Shown here piece after piece: positions 1-9,694 of a stretch of DNA of 64,000 nucleotides. A program made the translations under genes and the position numbers. Every line of letters begins with the position of its first letter. Position 1 is the first letter of the stretch. The notes below the pieces were generated by a model, which saw nothing but the letters and a program-made list of their open reading frames with translations, did not search any database and was not told the origin of the DNA. The DNA is from Candidatus Sumerlaeia bacterium (GTDB taxonomy: Bacteria > Sumerlaeota > Sumerlaeia > SLMS01 > JAHLLQ01), in contig JANQSL010000050.1 of NCBI GenBank assembly GCA_028284075.1, positions 5,384-69,383 of the forward strand, written 5' to 3'.

Positions 1-459
1 ATTTTGATGATTGGCGGACACTACACTTACGCTCGTGTTCCCGCCGGTTTCTGGGTCCAGGACGCACTCGATCTCTCTCGCAACCACTATGACCGTCTCG
101 GGCACTTCGCCCAGGGGTTTGTTCCCGCCATTCTCACACGCGAAATCCTCCTGCGCACGTCGCCACTTTGCCGGGGGAAGTGGCTCTTCTTTCTCGTGGT
201 GTGTGTATGTCTTGCCTTCAGCGCCTTCTATGAACTCATCGAGTGGTGGGCCGCTGAAATCGGTGGAGACTCGGCAGAGTCCTTCCTCGGCACACAAGGC
301 GACGTCTGGGACACGCAATGGGACATGTTCACCGCTCTCATTGGAGCAGTCACCGCTCAACTCACACTCAGCCGCTGGCACGACCGATGGCTTGAAAGAC
401 TGCCGCAGCATAGGAACAGAAACTCTGTAACTCTGCCTCCCAACAGTGGAAAATCGTGA
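1..459 (+). CDS. DUF2238/YjdF-like inner membrane protein, 5' end cut by window edge
   Basis: Frame of the 4..459 track ORF is open from base 1. Multi-pass hydrophobic sequence with HYDRLGHFAQGF and FYELIEWW motifs that I recognise from YjdF/DUF2238 proteins. Confidence 0.55.
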   Translation: MLMIGGHYTYARVPAGFWVQDALDLSRNHYDRLGHFAQGFVPAILTREILLRTSPLCRGKWLFFLVVCVCLAFSAFYELIEWWAAEIGGDSAESFLGTQGDVWDTQWDMFTALIGAVTAQLTLSRWHDRWLERLPQHRNRNSVTLPPNSGKS

Positions 460-613
460 GTTTCTCCCATTCTTTCAACCCATTCCTGAAATCCCTCCGC
501 TCTCTCCTCAATCATCCCGGCAGACGGTAATGAACGCAGCCGCCGGCGAATTCGGGTAGCATCACCCACCCCGCCAGCGGCATGTCACCGTTCACTTTCA
601 ATGGGAGACCGCC

Positions 614-1429
614 ATGCTCGCTCGCCGAATCATCCCCTGCCTCGACGTCAAAGAGGGCCGCGTCGTCAAAGGTATCAACTTCGTCGAGCTCGTGGATGCG
701 GGCGACCCTGTGGAGTGCGCCAAGGCCTATGATGCCGCCGGAGCCGATGAACTTGTATTTCTCGACATCACTGCAAGCCATGAGCGTCGTGGAATCATGC
801 ACGACGTTGTTCGTGAAACCGCCTCTCACTGCTTCATGCCGCTGACCGTCGGCGGTGGCCTGCGCACTGTGGATGATGTAAAGGCCATGCTCCACGCCGG
901 AGCCGACAAGGTTTCCATCAATACTCCGGCGGTCCAGAATCCCGAGTTCGTCCGCGAAGCGTCGAAGCGATTCGGAGCCCAGTGCATCGTCGTCGCCATC
1001 GATGCACGCAGAAAGACCCGACCCGTGGAAGGCGAAGCGGCCGATCTTCTTTCACCCGATCCCGCCGGCTGGGAGGTTTATACCCACGGAGGCCGCACAC
1101 CGACCGGTCTCGATGCCGTGGAGTGGGCGCGGCGTGTTGAGCAACTGGGTGCCGGTGAGATCCTTCTGACCTCAATGGATGGTGACGGCACCAAGACGGG
1201 CTATGACATCGCTCTCACGAGAACCATCAGTGAGGCTGTCGGAATTCCCGTGATTGCATCCGGTGGCGCAGGCAACCTGGAGCATCTCGCCGAGGCGCTC
1301 ATTGATGGAAAAGCGGATGCGGCACTGGCTGCCAGCATCTTCCACTTTGGAACATATACCATCGGCCAGGCTCGCGAACATTTGAGGTCCCGTGGAGTTC
1401 CCGTTCGAGAATACATCAAATCCTGCTAA
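614..1429 (+). CDS. hisF: Imidazole glycerol phosphate synthase cyclase subunit HisF
   Basis: N-terminus [20 protein letters not shown], then [28 protein letters not shown] and ASGGAG motifs typical of HisF. Has a short extra segment after AIDARR. No other his genes are adjacent. Confidence 0.9.
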   Translation: MLARRIIPCLDVKEGRVVKGINFVELVDAGDPVECAKAYDAAGADELVFLDITASHERRGIMHDVVRETASHCFMPLTVGGGLRTVDDVKAMLHAGADKVSINTPAVQNPEFVREASKRFGAQCIVVAIDARRKTRPVEGEAADLLSPDPAGWEVYTHGGRTPTGLDAVEWARRVEQLGAGEILLTSMDGDGTKTGYDIALTRTISEAVGIPVIASGGAGNLEHLAEALIDGKADAALAASIFHFGTYTIGQAREHLRSRGVPVREYIKSC

Positions 1430-1505
1430 CAACACGGTATCTGGTGTTGCGAAGCGACACAGGATGTGAGGAGGTTAAGTTGCGTCAACTGTGGGAGGTT
1501 GAGGA

Positions 1506-4500
1506 ATGCTGGAAAAACAGGTGTATCCGGTCCGGATTCTACAGGCCGCCATGCTTGCGAGCCTTGTTTCCAACAGCACGGCGGACTCCGTTCGCTTCGT
1601 CGATGACCGCGTTTATGCCTATGAAGGTGATCGCGTTGCCTACGTCACCGTGGAACGTGTCGATCCGTCTGAAAAGAAAGCCGCTGTGCGTCTTCGTGCT
1701 CATGAAGACACGGCGAAACGCAGGAAAGACTACCGTGGCCGGACAAAAACGTTAAAATGGGGAAAAGGCGAATCCGGTCCGAAAACATGGTCAATTCGTC
1801 TGAGAAACGATCGCAAAGAGGAGGGAAACGAATCTTTCTTCGTCGAGGTCGTTCGTGTCCGAGGCACCGAAGTTGACATCGATGACCTTTCCTGTGAGGT
1901 TTCAATCATTACGCTGGATGGAGATGGACTTCCCTCACACGTAAAGCAGACGAGCGCCTTCAAGACTCATAAGGGAACGATGGCATTGAATCTGCCGTCA
2001 GGATCGACGGAGTTCAACGAGGGTGGTTCTTCGCGCAACGTTGACCGTTCACGAACCGTCGCGGGCATTGGCGATGTGGACGGTGATGGTTATGAGGATT
2101 TTGCCATTGGTGAACCGGGAGAGTTTGCGGACGGCTATTATGAAAACTGTGAATGCCCTGAATGCGTCGCAGGCTGGGTGTGGATTGTCTTTGGCAATGA
2201 TGCTCTTCCGTCCGACCTGAATGATACCGATGAAAACACGCTCCGAATTTTCAGCCCTGACTCCGCTTGCCGGGAAGACGGCCTGAAACGCCCCAATGGA
2301 TTCGGCAGCGATGTCATGGGTGCGGGTGATCTGAATGGTGATGGCTATTCCGATTTCGCTGTAACCGCGCCGCTTTCCGGTGGTTTTCCCGGGTACAACC
2401 ACGGCCCGGGATCAATTCATGTTATCTTCGGTGGAGAGGATTTTCGAACACGGACACACAACCTTTCGCTGCCGGACGGCGTTACAAACACGCGTATCGA
2501 CGGCGACGGAACGCTTGGTGATATTTTTACCGGCCAGCCACTCGGCATGGTTGCAGGACCATCGGAGCGACTTCAGGATTCCGGTCTTCCATCATTGATT
2601 GTCGGGTATTCCGGGACCTTCTTCAATCGCATCGACGGAATTGCCGGAGCCTGGCCCGCGGTGATTGATCTCGCGGAGCTGAACACTCCGGAACCAGCCA
2701 CGCTACTCTCGGAAACAAGACATGTCTCCATCGAGCCCTCCGGCATCGGCGACTTCGACGGCGACGGGTATGGAGATTATGCAGTCGGTGCATTTGCACT
2801 GGAAGGCGAACCTCCGAAGTGCGTGATCCGCTACGGTGGACCCTCCGCCCTCGATCGAACGACCAGCGTTTACGTCCAGAGGGAGTACACTGACACATGG
2901 TTCGTTTCTGATCGATTCGCGGAACAGGCAGCCGGGGTCGGAGATATTAATGGAGATGGCCATACCGAGGTCGTGATAGCCGGCGGCAAATCAGTATGGC
3001 TTGTCTTTGGCCACGGCAATCCGGAGCCGGTGGTTTCACTGGGAGACTCTCCCGGGAATCCTGCTCCACCACTTTCTTCAAATCACACCGTTCGAATCTG
3101 GCATCAGTCATTCTGGCCTGGACGCCTGTCAGACCACAACACGTCCGTTTCACCCGCCGGTGACGTAAATGGCGATGGTCTTGCGGACTTCCTGCTGGGC
3201 TTCCGGTCCAGCACATCGTTTCCTCAAACCGGACTCGAACAGATCGCCAACACCTATCTGGTTCTTGGCGGTTCCATCGATCCAAACGTGACTGACGTAA
3301 TTGGCGATATCGACGATTGGATCGATGCCGGGGCAGGATCGCGCGGTTCGAGGCTGATGAACTACGGCGGATCTTCTGATGTCGCGGGAGATGTGGACGG
3401 CGACGGCTTAAGTGAATTTCTTGCAACTGTTCGCCGCGACTCCGTTATAGATCATGAGGCCACGCTTTTCTCCTGGACGGAATCGCCGGTGCAATCCGCC
3501 ACCGTTTCGGTGTTTGTTCCCAATGGCAACGCTCCGGCCATTCCAATGGGTACAACAGGAACCGGTCGGGAACGGTATTCATGGGCACGCTGCGCGCTGG
3601 ATTTTTCCGGAGGTTGGTCGAACAGAAGACCGGACACAAGCCTTGAGAAAATCACACTGCACCGTGGTACGGAAATGTTGTCGAATTTACCGCTACCTCA
3701 TGCTGATGTCTCGTGGCATCTTGAGAGTGAGCGAACCAACTTCGGCGAGCTGGACATCGAACTCAAGTATCTCGATACGGAGATTCCTTTCGGACTTTCG
3801 GAGAGCGAGGTTGAAGTTCTCCATGCCACAACGCCCGACGGTCCCTGGCGACGCCTTCCGACGACTCGCCTGACGGAACAAAACATTGTCGTGGCGGCGT
3901 TACCGGAAGTCGACAGTGGATCGGAAAACTGGTTTGCACTTGGAAAAGCCTTGCAGGGGGCGGTTGCCGACTGCGGACCCGACGACAGCGATTGTGACGG
4001 CGTTGATGACCAGACGGCAATCGACGAGGGTCTGGTTTCTGACTGTAATGAAAACGGAATTCCCGACCGCTCCGAAACGAATCGTGCCCTTCAATTTGAT
4101 GGTGTGGACGACTGGCTGGATGGTGGAATGCATCCCGATTTCCGCCTCAACGGAGATTTCGTGGTTTCGCTCCGTATTAACGTTTCAGGAAGTGCGCCAC
4201 GCGATGAAACGCTTCCAGTCATTGTTAAGGGCGGCTCGAATACGGACGACTTTGAGTATTCACTTTCCGCTGTGACAGCGGAACTGAATTACTATACGCT
4301 CCTCTTTGAACTGACAAACGCGAACGGTGACACTTACCGCATTCTCGATACCCGGTCCGCCGATATCGGCCCTCACCTGGTCTATGATCGATGGTATCAT
4401 ATCGCCGTTCTGGTTCGCCGCGATAACACGTTCCCTTTTGGAGAACCCTATGTCAGTTTTTTCCTCAATGGCCGTCAGGCGGCGACATGCATCTCCGACA

Positions 4501-7500
4501 CGCTTCTGGATTGCCCCACGCCCGGCCTCGGAACCGCTGGCGAGTATCCATTGTTCATCGGGCGCTGGCCAAACGCCGGGCTGCCGACATTTGAGGGAAT
4601 GCTGGACGACATCACACTGTGGAATGGTGCGAAGTCATCGAGCTTCATACTGAACACGCTGGTCCCCTCGAATCAGACAGGAAGCGAATCAGATCTTGCG
4701 GCGTGGCTGCGTTTTGATCGTGATCGCGACCTGCAATTCGTTCGAAACGAAAAAAGCGGTGCGGATTCCAACTTTGCCGTATATGGTAGCCCGCGCGTCG
4801 TTCCCGGACCAACGGTCAGAGATGCCCTCTCGGATAACGATGGAGACGGATCCGTCGATGCATGTGGAGACTGCATAAGCGCCCTGTATCGCAATCCCGT
4901 GCGGGACGGGTTCCCCGCAACGGATTTCGCCGACCCGATGATCACGTGGTTTCGGGGCGAGTATCTGCTTTCAGGAACCACCGGGTTTTCAAGAGGGCAT
5001 CATGCCTGGACATCAAACGATCTCCTCAACTGGTCATATGAGGGCCTCGTTCTCGACACCGACAAGGTCATGATTTGGCAGGGGCACTGGAGCGGCAGCG
5101 CATACTATTCAGGGGACTTGATTGCACTAACGAACCCGGACGGCTCGGGACGATACTACATGTCTTACAGTGCGGGTGGTCCCGATGATCTTTATGCGAC
5201 GGGAATCGGCCTGGCGACATCCTCTTCCTCTCTGCTGTCTTTTGAGCCCCCCGTCGCCGCGGAACTCGATCCGAAAGACCGGTACGGCCCGGGCAATATT
5301 TACGATGGAAATTTCGTATTCGACAACGATGGCACGCCGTTCATGATCATGTCTCTTCCGCAAGGCGGTACCCCTCCAATTGCCGTGGAACTGAGACCGG
5401 TTTTGCGCCAACTGACGGATGATCTTCTGGACCTGGAACAAGGTACGAGCGATATCGCAATTCTGCCGCAGGAGGACTCCGACTGGCTCCTGGCGACATT
5501 TGCCCGTGACGTTCCGGAGACGATTGTTGCCGGAGGACGCTTCAGTGGCCCGCCTGACTTTGATCTCTTCCGACAACCGTGGCACTGGGAGGGAACATCG
5601 TCTTCCGGCGAGGAATCTTTCCTGGTTGAGACGTCCGGAGAATCGAGCCGTTTGCGAATCGACTGGGGAGCGATGAGAGACTCGAGTGGAAGCTCAGTCC
5701 GAATCGAAAGCACGGCACCAGCCATGGTGATCGCTACCGGAACCGCAATCTCACACGGAACCTCGATTTTCGAATTCGATCCTGTTTCATCGGAACAGCT
5801 CCGTGTCGTTATCGAAAAGACGGGGACGGATCCAGCGACCGTCGTTCGTGCACAGGCGTTTTCAACCGACAGAAACCTGATTGGCTTTGGTATCACCGCG
5901 GATTCACCGAATTCGGAAGCCTACCTGGAGTGGTCCTGGAAATCAGGCACCGGCCAATTCGAGGAGTTCGCCCACGTCGACCTCCTTGAAGAGGCAATGC
6001 TCGATGAAGTCCGTGTTTTCTGGGATGAAACTCCTGCCGGAACGACTTACGATGTGCTGGTATCAAAAGACAACAAGGTCTGGACCATGGTGGCGGAAAA
6101 CCAATCCGCTTCCATGGACAGGGGAATAATCACCCGGTTTGCACCAGCCATCGCTCGATACCTGCGTATCGACATATCGAAGGTATCGGGTCAGCGAATC
6201 GCCATCCATCGCATTGAAGCGATTGATTCCTCAACCGGAGTCGACAGAGCCCTCTATGGAAATCCCGCGGTTTCAAGTACCGCCGACGCTCTTCTTATTA
6301 TGGAGAGCCAGGCCATTTTCAGAGAGAATGATCGATACTACATGCTCTTTGCGGGTGACGCTTTTTATTCCCATAACTACTCGATTGGATACGCGTCGGC
6401 TCCTTCTCTTTCCGGGCCATGGACCATGGCACCTGAAAACCCCATTGGTACGAAGAAATTTCATTCCGGTATCGTGGGGCCGGGTGTCTGCGACTCAATT
6501 CTTTCGCCGGACGGAACAGAGCGCTGGGGCGTCTATCATGCCTTTCACGCGCCTTACGGTCCCTTCGGGCGCAATGGCCGCATTGACCGCTTTGGTTTTC
6601 GCAAAGATGGCAGTCTCTTTATAATGGGTCCCACCACGCTGCCTCAGGTAGCTCCATCCGACGCTCCGAACCTCTCCTTGAGAGCGACAATGATCACTGC
6701 CGCAAGCGAACAGCAGACGGCAGAGCGTGTTGCAGACGGAGATGAAAACACCGCATGGCTGTCGGGTGACACGACACCGCAAACTCTAACGATCGATTTG
6801 GGCGATCTCTACAATACAAAGTCACTGATTATCGATTGGGATCCAACTCGGTTTGCAAGGGAATGGTCCGCGGAGGTATCAACCGACGGTATGGACTGGG
6901 TCGAAGTCGTTTCGAGGACTGCGGGAACAAATCAATATCTTCGCTATCCCTTCGCGGCAGCTCGTCCGGCACGTTACGTTCGTGTGTTTTTATCTAAACC
7001 AGCAAGTGGCGCCGATGCCTTCGGTATCCGAGAACTGGAGGTCCGCGGGGAAGGATGTGCACTCGTCGATGCAGACGCGAACGCGTTGATTGTGGAAAGT
7101 GAAAAGGGACCGGATCATTCTCTTACGCTCGACTTGAGAGGGATTTGCGGAATTGAAGGTATCCGCCTGCCGGAGGAGGTCGCAGACAGCCCTGCGCTGG
7201 AGTTGAGCGCTGACGGAGCTCACTTCAGATCGGTTGAAACAGATGCAACGCCGGGAGACGGGTACGTGTTTCTGCATCTCGATTCCTCCATCCCCGCGCG
7301 ATTCGTTCGCGTCTCCGCCAACTCGCCGGTTACGAACGCCGATGTGTATGCCCTCCCCCGCCGGCTGGAAGCTGCGGCCGTGGCCGGCACTGTCACGGCC
7401 AGCGAAAACATGGAAGCCACAGATCTGGCCTTCGATGGGGATGGAACAACGGGTTGGAGTGCCACTGCGGAAGACGCCTGGATCGGACTTGATAGCGGAC

Positions 7501-7763
7501 GTCCGCGAACTGTTCGAGGCATCGATATACAATGGGTGGATGGTAAATGGCCGAAGGCATTCGATCTGATGGCCAGCGAGGACGGTATCGACTTCTTTCC
7601 CGTGACGGGGCTGATCAATGACTCGGAGCCGGAGGCCAATGCACTTGTTGAAACCGCACCGGTGACCGCTCAGTACTGGCGGATTCAATTAAGAAATGAA
7701 TCTCCAACAACGTGCAGCCTGGCCCGCTGGTCGCTGCTGGTGGAAATTGAACAAGGCAGCTGA
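1506..7763 (+). CDS. Giant (2085 aa) multidomain surface/secreted protein: Calx-beta, FG-GAP repeats, LamG-like, GH43-like propeller, several F5/8-type-C (discoidin) domains
   Basis: Single uninterrupted ORF. At least six GD(V/L/F/I)(D/N)GDG(Y/L/H)xDF FG-GAP repeats. ALQFDGVDDW...LDDITLWN is LamG_3-like. ADPMITW and ESQAIFRENDRYYMLFAG are GH43-like. Repeated DGDxxTxW...YxRxxxx discoidin signatures at the C-terminus. Confidence 0.8.
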   Translation: MLEKQVYPVRILQAAMLASLVSNSTADSVRFVDDRVYAYEGDRVAYVTVERVDPSEKKAAVRLRAHEDTAKRRKDYRGRTKTLKWGKGESGPKTWSIRLRNDRKEEGNESFFVEVVRVRGTEVDIDDLSCEVSIITLDGDGLPSHVKQTSAFKTHKGTMALNLPSGSTEFNEGGSSRNVDRSRTVAGIGDVDGDGYEDFAIGEPGEFADGYYENCECPECVAGWVWIVFGNDALPSDLNDTDENTLRIFSPDSACREDGLKRPNGFGSDVMGAGDLNGDGYSDFAVTAPLSGGFPGYNHGPGSIHVIFGGEDFRTRTHNLSLPDGVTNTRIDGDGTLGDIFTGQPLGMVAGPSERLQDSGLPSLIVGYSGTFFNRIDGIAGAWPAVIDLAELNTPEPATLLSETRHVSIEPSGIGDFDGDGYGDYAVGAFALEGEPPKCVIRYGGPSALDRTTSVYVQREYTDTWFVSDRFAEQAAGVGDINGDGHTEVVIAGGKSVWLVFGHGNPEPVVSLGDSPGNPAPPLSSNHTVRIWHQSFWPGRLSDHNTSVSPAGDVNGDGLADFLLGFRSSTSFPQTGLEQIANTYLVLGGSIDPNVTDVIGDIDDWIDAGAGSRGSRLMNYGGSSDVAGDVDGDGLSEFLATVRRDSVIDHEATLFSWTESPVQSATVSVFVPNGNAPAIPMGTTGTGRERYSWARCALDFSGGWSNRRPDTSLEKITLHRGTEMLSNLPLPHADVSWHLESERTNFGELDIELKYLDTEIPFGLSESEVEVLHATTPDGPWRRLPTTRLTEQNIVVAALPEVDSGSENWFALGKALQGAVADCGPDDSDCDGVDDQTAIDEGLVSDCNENGIPDRSETNRALQFDGVDDWLDGGMHPDFRLNGDFVVSLRINVSGSAPRDETLPVIVKGGSNTDDFEYSLSAVTAELNYYTLLFELTNANGDTYRILDTRSADIGPHLVYDRWYHIAVLVRRDNTFPFGEPYVSFFLNGRQAATCISDTLLDCPTPGLGTAGEYPLFIGRWPNAGLPTFEGMLDDITLWNGAKSSSFILNTLVPSNQTGSESDLAAWLRFDRDRDLQFVRNEKSGADSNFAVYGSPRVVPGPTVRDALSDNDGDGSVDACGDCISALYRNPVRDGFPATDFADPMITWFRGEYLLSGTTGFSRGHHAWTSNDLLNWSYEGLVLDTDKVMIWQGHWSGSAYYSGDLIALTNPDGSGRYYMSYSAGGPDDLYATGIGLATSSSSLLSFEPPVAAELDPKDRYGPGNIYDGNFVFDNDGTPFMIMSLPQGGTPPIAVELRPVLRQLTDDLLDLEQGTSDIAILPQEDSDWLLATFARDVPETIVAGGRFSGPPDFDLFRQPWHWEGTSSSGEESFLVETSGESSRLRIDWGAMRDSSGSSVRIESTAPAMVIATGTAISHGTSIFEFDPVSSEQLRVVIEKTGTDPATVVRAQAFSTDRNLIGFGITADSPNSEAYLEWSWKSGTGQFEEFAHVDLLEEAMLDEVRVFWDETPAGTTYDVLVSKDNKVWTMVAENQSASMDRGIITRFAPAIARYLRIDISKVSGQRIAIHRIEAIDSSTGVDRALYGNPAVSSTADALLIMESQAIFRENDRYYMLFAGDAFYSHNYSIGYASAPSLSGPWTMAPENPIGTKKFHSGIVGPGVCDSILSPDGTERWGVYHAFHAPYGPFGRNGRIDRFGFRKDGSLFIMGPTTLPQVAPSDAPNLSLRATMITAASEQQTAERVADGDENTAWLSGDTTPQTLTIDLGDLYNTKSLIIDWDPTRFAREWSAEVSTDGMDWVEVVSRTAGTNQYLRYPFAAARPARYVRVFLSKPASGADAFGIRELEVRGEGCALVDADANALIVESEKGPDHSLTLDLRGICGIEGIRLPEEVADSPALELSADGAHFRSVETDATPGDGYVFLHLDSSIPARFVRVSANSPVTNADVYALPRRLEAAAVAGTVTASENMEATDLAFDGDGTTGWSATAEDAWIGLDSGRPRTVRGIDIQWVDGKWPKAFDLMASEDGIDFFPVTGLINDSEPEANALVETAPVTAQYWRIQLRNESPTTCSLARWSLLVEIEQGS

Positions 7764-7877
7764 ACCGGAAAAACACGGCTCAAAAAAGTGGAAGCACGAT
7801 TCCCGAAACTCCTGTCGCACTCTCGCGGTAAAGATGGTTTTCCTCGTCATAAATGCCATATCTTCAAGGAGACGGAA

Positions 7878-8318
7878 ATGAAGCGAAGACATGTCGGATT
7901 AGCGGCGGCGTTTGTCGGCGGATTGCTTGTGGCGGGAACAGCGGCTTATACTCAGGATGAATGGACGAAGATCCCGGCAGTCGTTGAGCGACTGCTTCCC
8001 CGCCAACAGGAGGCAAGGGAGATCGTACGGGGGGATGTGATGTTCGCGACGCGTGACTCGGACCTGCAGGACCTGCCTCTTCTGGTTCCGCCAAATGGTG
8101 CAAACGCTCCGGGACGTTTTCAGGCTGTGGCGCTGGACGGTGCACCGGAATTCGTTATTCTGGGTACACAAACGGGTATTGCACGACGCTTTACAGAGGG
8201 TGACAACGTTGTGGTTTACAGTAGCCATGTGCCGAATCATGTACTCCGAAACAAGATCCGGGCGCACGATGCATTCGAAACGCTGACACGACTTGAGCTG
8301 AGGACAAGACAACCCTGA
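7878..8318 (+). CDS. Hypothetical small secreted protein
   Basis: Internal ATG at 7878 preceded by AAGGAGACGG. MKRRHVGLAAAFVGGLLVAGTAAYTQ looks like a signal peptide. No recognisable domain. Confidence 0.5.
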   Translation: MKRRHVGLAAAFVGGLLVAGTAAYTQDEWTKIPAVVERLLPRQQEAREIVRGDVMFATRDSDLQDLPLLVPPNGANAPGRFQAVALDGAPEFVILGTQTGIARRFTEGDNVVVYSSHVPNHVLRNKIRAHDAFETLTRLELRTRQP

Positions 8319-8518
8319 TCCGGGATTTTGGATTGCCCTCTGGTAACTGATCCATATTGTGGACAGTGGAGGGAGGCTGGAGGGGGTTGGAAACAGTATC
8401 ACTGCTTGCAAGTGTCCTGAGACGCTGGCCGCGATTCGGTCGATGGGGTAATCGCGAGAGGATTCAGCGCTTGCCTTTCCTTGGGTTTGAGCCTGTCGCA
8501 TGGCGGCAGATCGGACCC

Positions 8519-9661
8519 ATGCGAATCGGCCTCGATGTCCGAGACAAGTATCAGTACGAAATGCTGCTGGGCGAATATGAGCCGCTCGCCACAGAGTTCC
8601 TGTCGAGGGCGCTCCCGCCGGGCGGAACATATGTGGATGTTGGTGCACAACTCGGCTTTACCGCCGCTTTTGCCGCTCAGGCTGTTGGCCCGTCAGGCCG
8701 ATTGATTCTTTTCGAGCCTGATCCTCGCGCTCTCAAGCGACTTCGGAGACATCTGCAAACCGCAAAACGAAACCAGCTGCCGGAAGTCCATACCGTTGCG
8801 GCAGGATGTTCAAGCAAACCGGGAGAGCTTCGGTTTCACGAATCACCCATCCTGGGTCACTCCCGGGTTGTATCAAAGAATGAGAAGATACCTGAGTGTC
8901 AGATCACCCGAGTTCCTGTCCTTCAATGTGATCACGTTCTCAGGAAGCTTGGTGTTCGCAATATTGACTTCCTGAAAGTGGACGTCGAGGGTCACGAAAA
9001 GCATGCTCTGGCGGGACTGCAACAAACCCTCTCACGGGGAAGCGCTCATTCCATCCTTGTGGAAAAGAATCACTTTCTTCAGGGAGATCCTGTTCGAGAG
9101 ACACTTCAGATTCACGCCATGATTGCACGTCATGGCTATGAGGGTTTCCATGAAGCCGATCGGCGCCCGATCACCCGCGAGAGTCTTCTTTCGAAATCAA
9201 TCCCGCTTGAGAACCTCTTTTATTCAAGGAACAAAAAACTCATCAGGAGCTTCATCGGTGGAGAGCCACGAGTTGCAGAAACAAAGTTCTGTTCCAGGGA
9301 AATCCAGAACCTTGCAAACGATGCGATACAGTGTCTTTCCCTCGAGGAGGAAATCAGAGAAATTATCCTTCTTGCGAAGAATGGTGCCGTTCCGGAGGCA
9401 ATAGTCCGTGGGGAACGGTTTCTCACTGGTGAGCCGGAGACTGACTGGCTGAGAGGGCACGTTGCTCACTGGCAGCTGGCGGTGGGCAATGTGGAGAGAG
9501 CGGGCTATCATTACCGGCTGCTTCACGAAAAGATGCCGGACGAACCGGGAATTTGCCGAGTTCTGGAGGAAATTGAAAGCACACGAAGCCTGTATTCTCA
9601 GCCGCACTCGATTCCGGAGGCACATGATTGCTTGATCCCCCTGGGGAGTTCCAGGAATTGA
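8519..9661 (+). CDS. FkbM-family SAM-dependent methyltransferase with C-terminal helical/TPR-like extension
   Basis: GTYVDVGAQLGFTAAFAA...LILFEPDP...IDFLKVDVEGHE pattern typical of FkbM methyltransferases. Start is uncertain: the track ORF opens at 8357 and ATG 8519 was chosen. Confidence 0.65.
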   Translation: MRIGLDVRDKYQYEMLLGEYEPLATEFLSRALPPGGTYVDVGAQLGFTAAFAAQAVGPSGRLILFEPDPRALKRLRRHLQTAKRNQLPEVHTVAAGCSSKPGELRFHESPILGHSRVVSKNEKIPECQITRVPVLQCDHVLRKLGVRNIDFLKVDVEGHEKHALAGLQQTLSRGSAHSILVEKNHFLQGDPVRETLQIHAMIARHGYEGFHEADRRPITRESLLSKSIPLENLFYSRNKKLIRSFIGGEPRVAETKFCSREIQNLANDAIQCLSLEEEIREIILLAKNGAVPEAIVRGERFLTGEPETDWLRGHVAHWQLAVGNVERAGYHYRLLHEKMPDEPGICRVLEEIESTRSLYSQPHSIPEAHDCLIPLGSSRN

Positions 9662-9694
9662 GTTGGCATCGTCGAACACGGAGTTGTCGTCGTT

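Noticed and set aside
1432-1449. AACAC-N8-GTGTT inverted repeat just after the hisF stop, considered as a terminator or operator.
   Set aside because: The stem is only 5 bp and has no U-tract. This is indistinguishable from chance.
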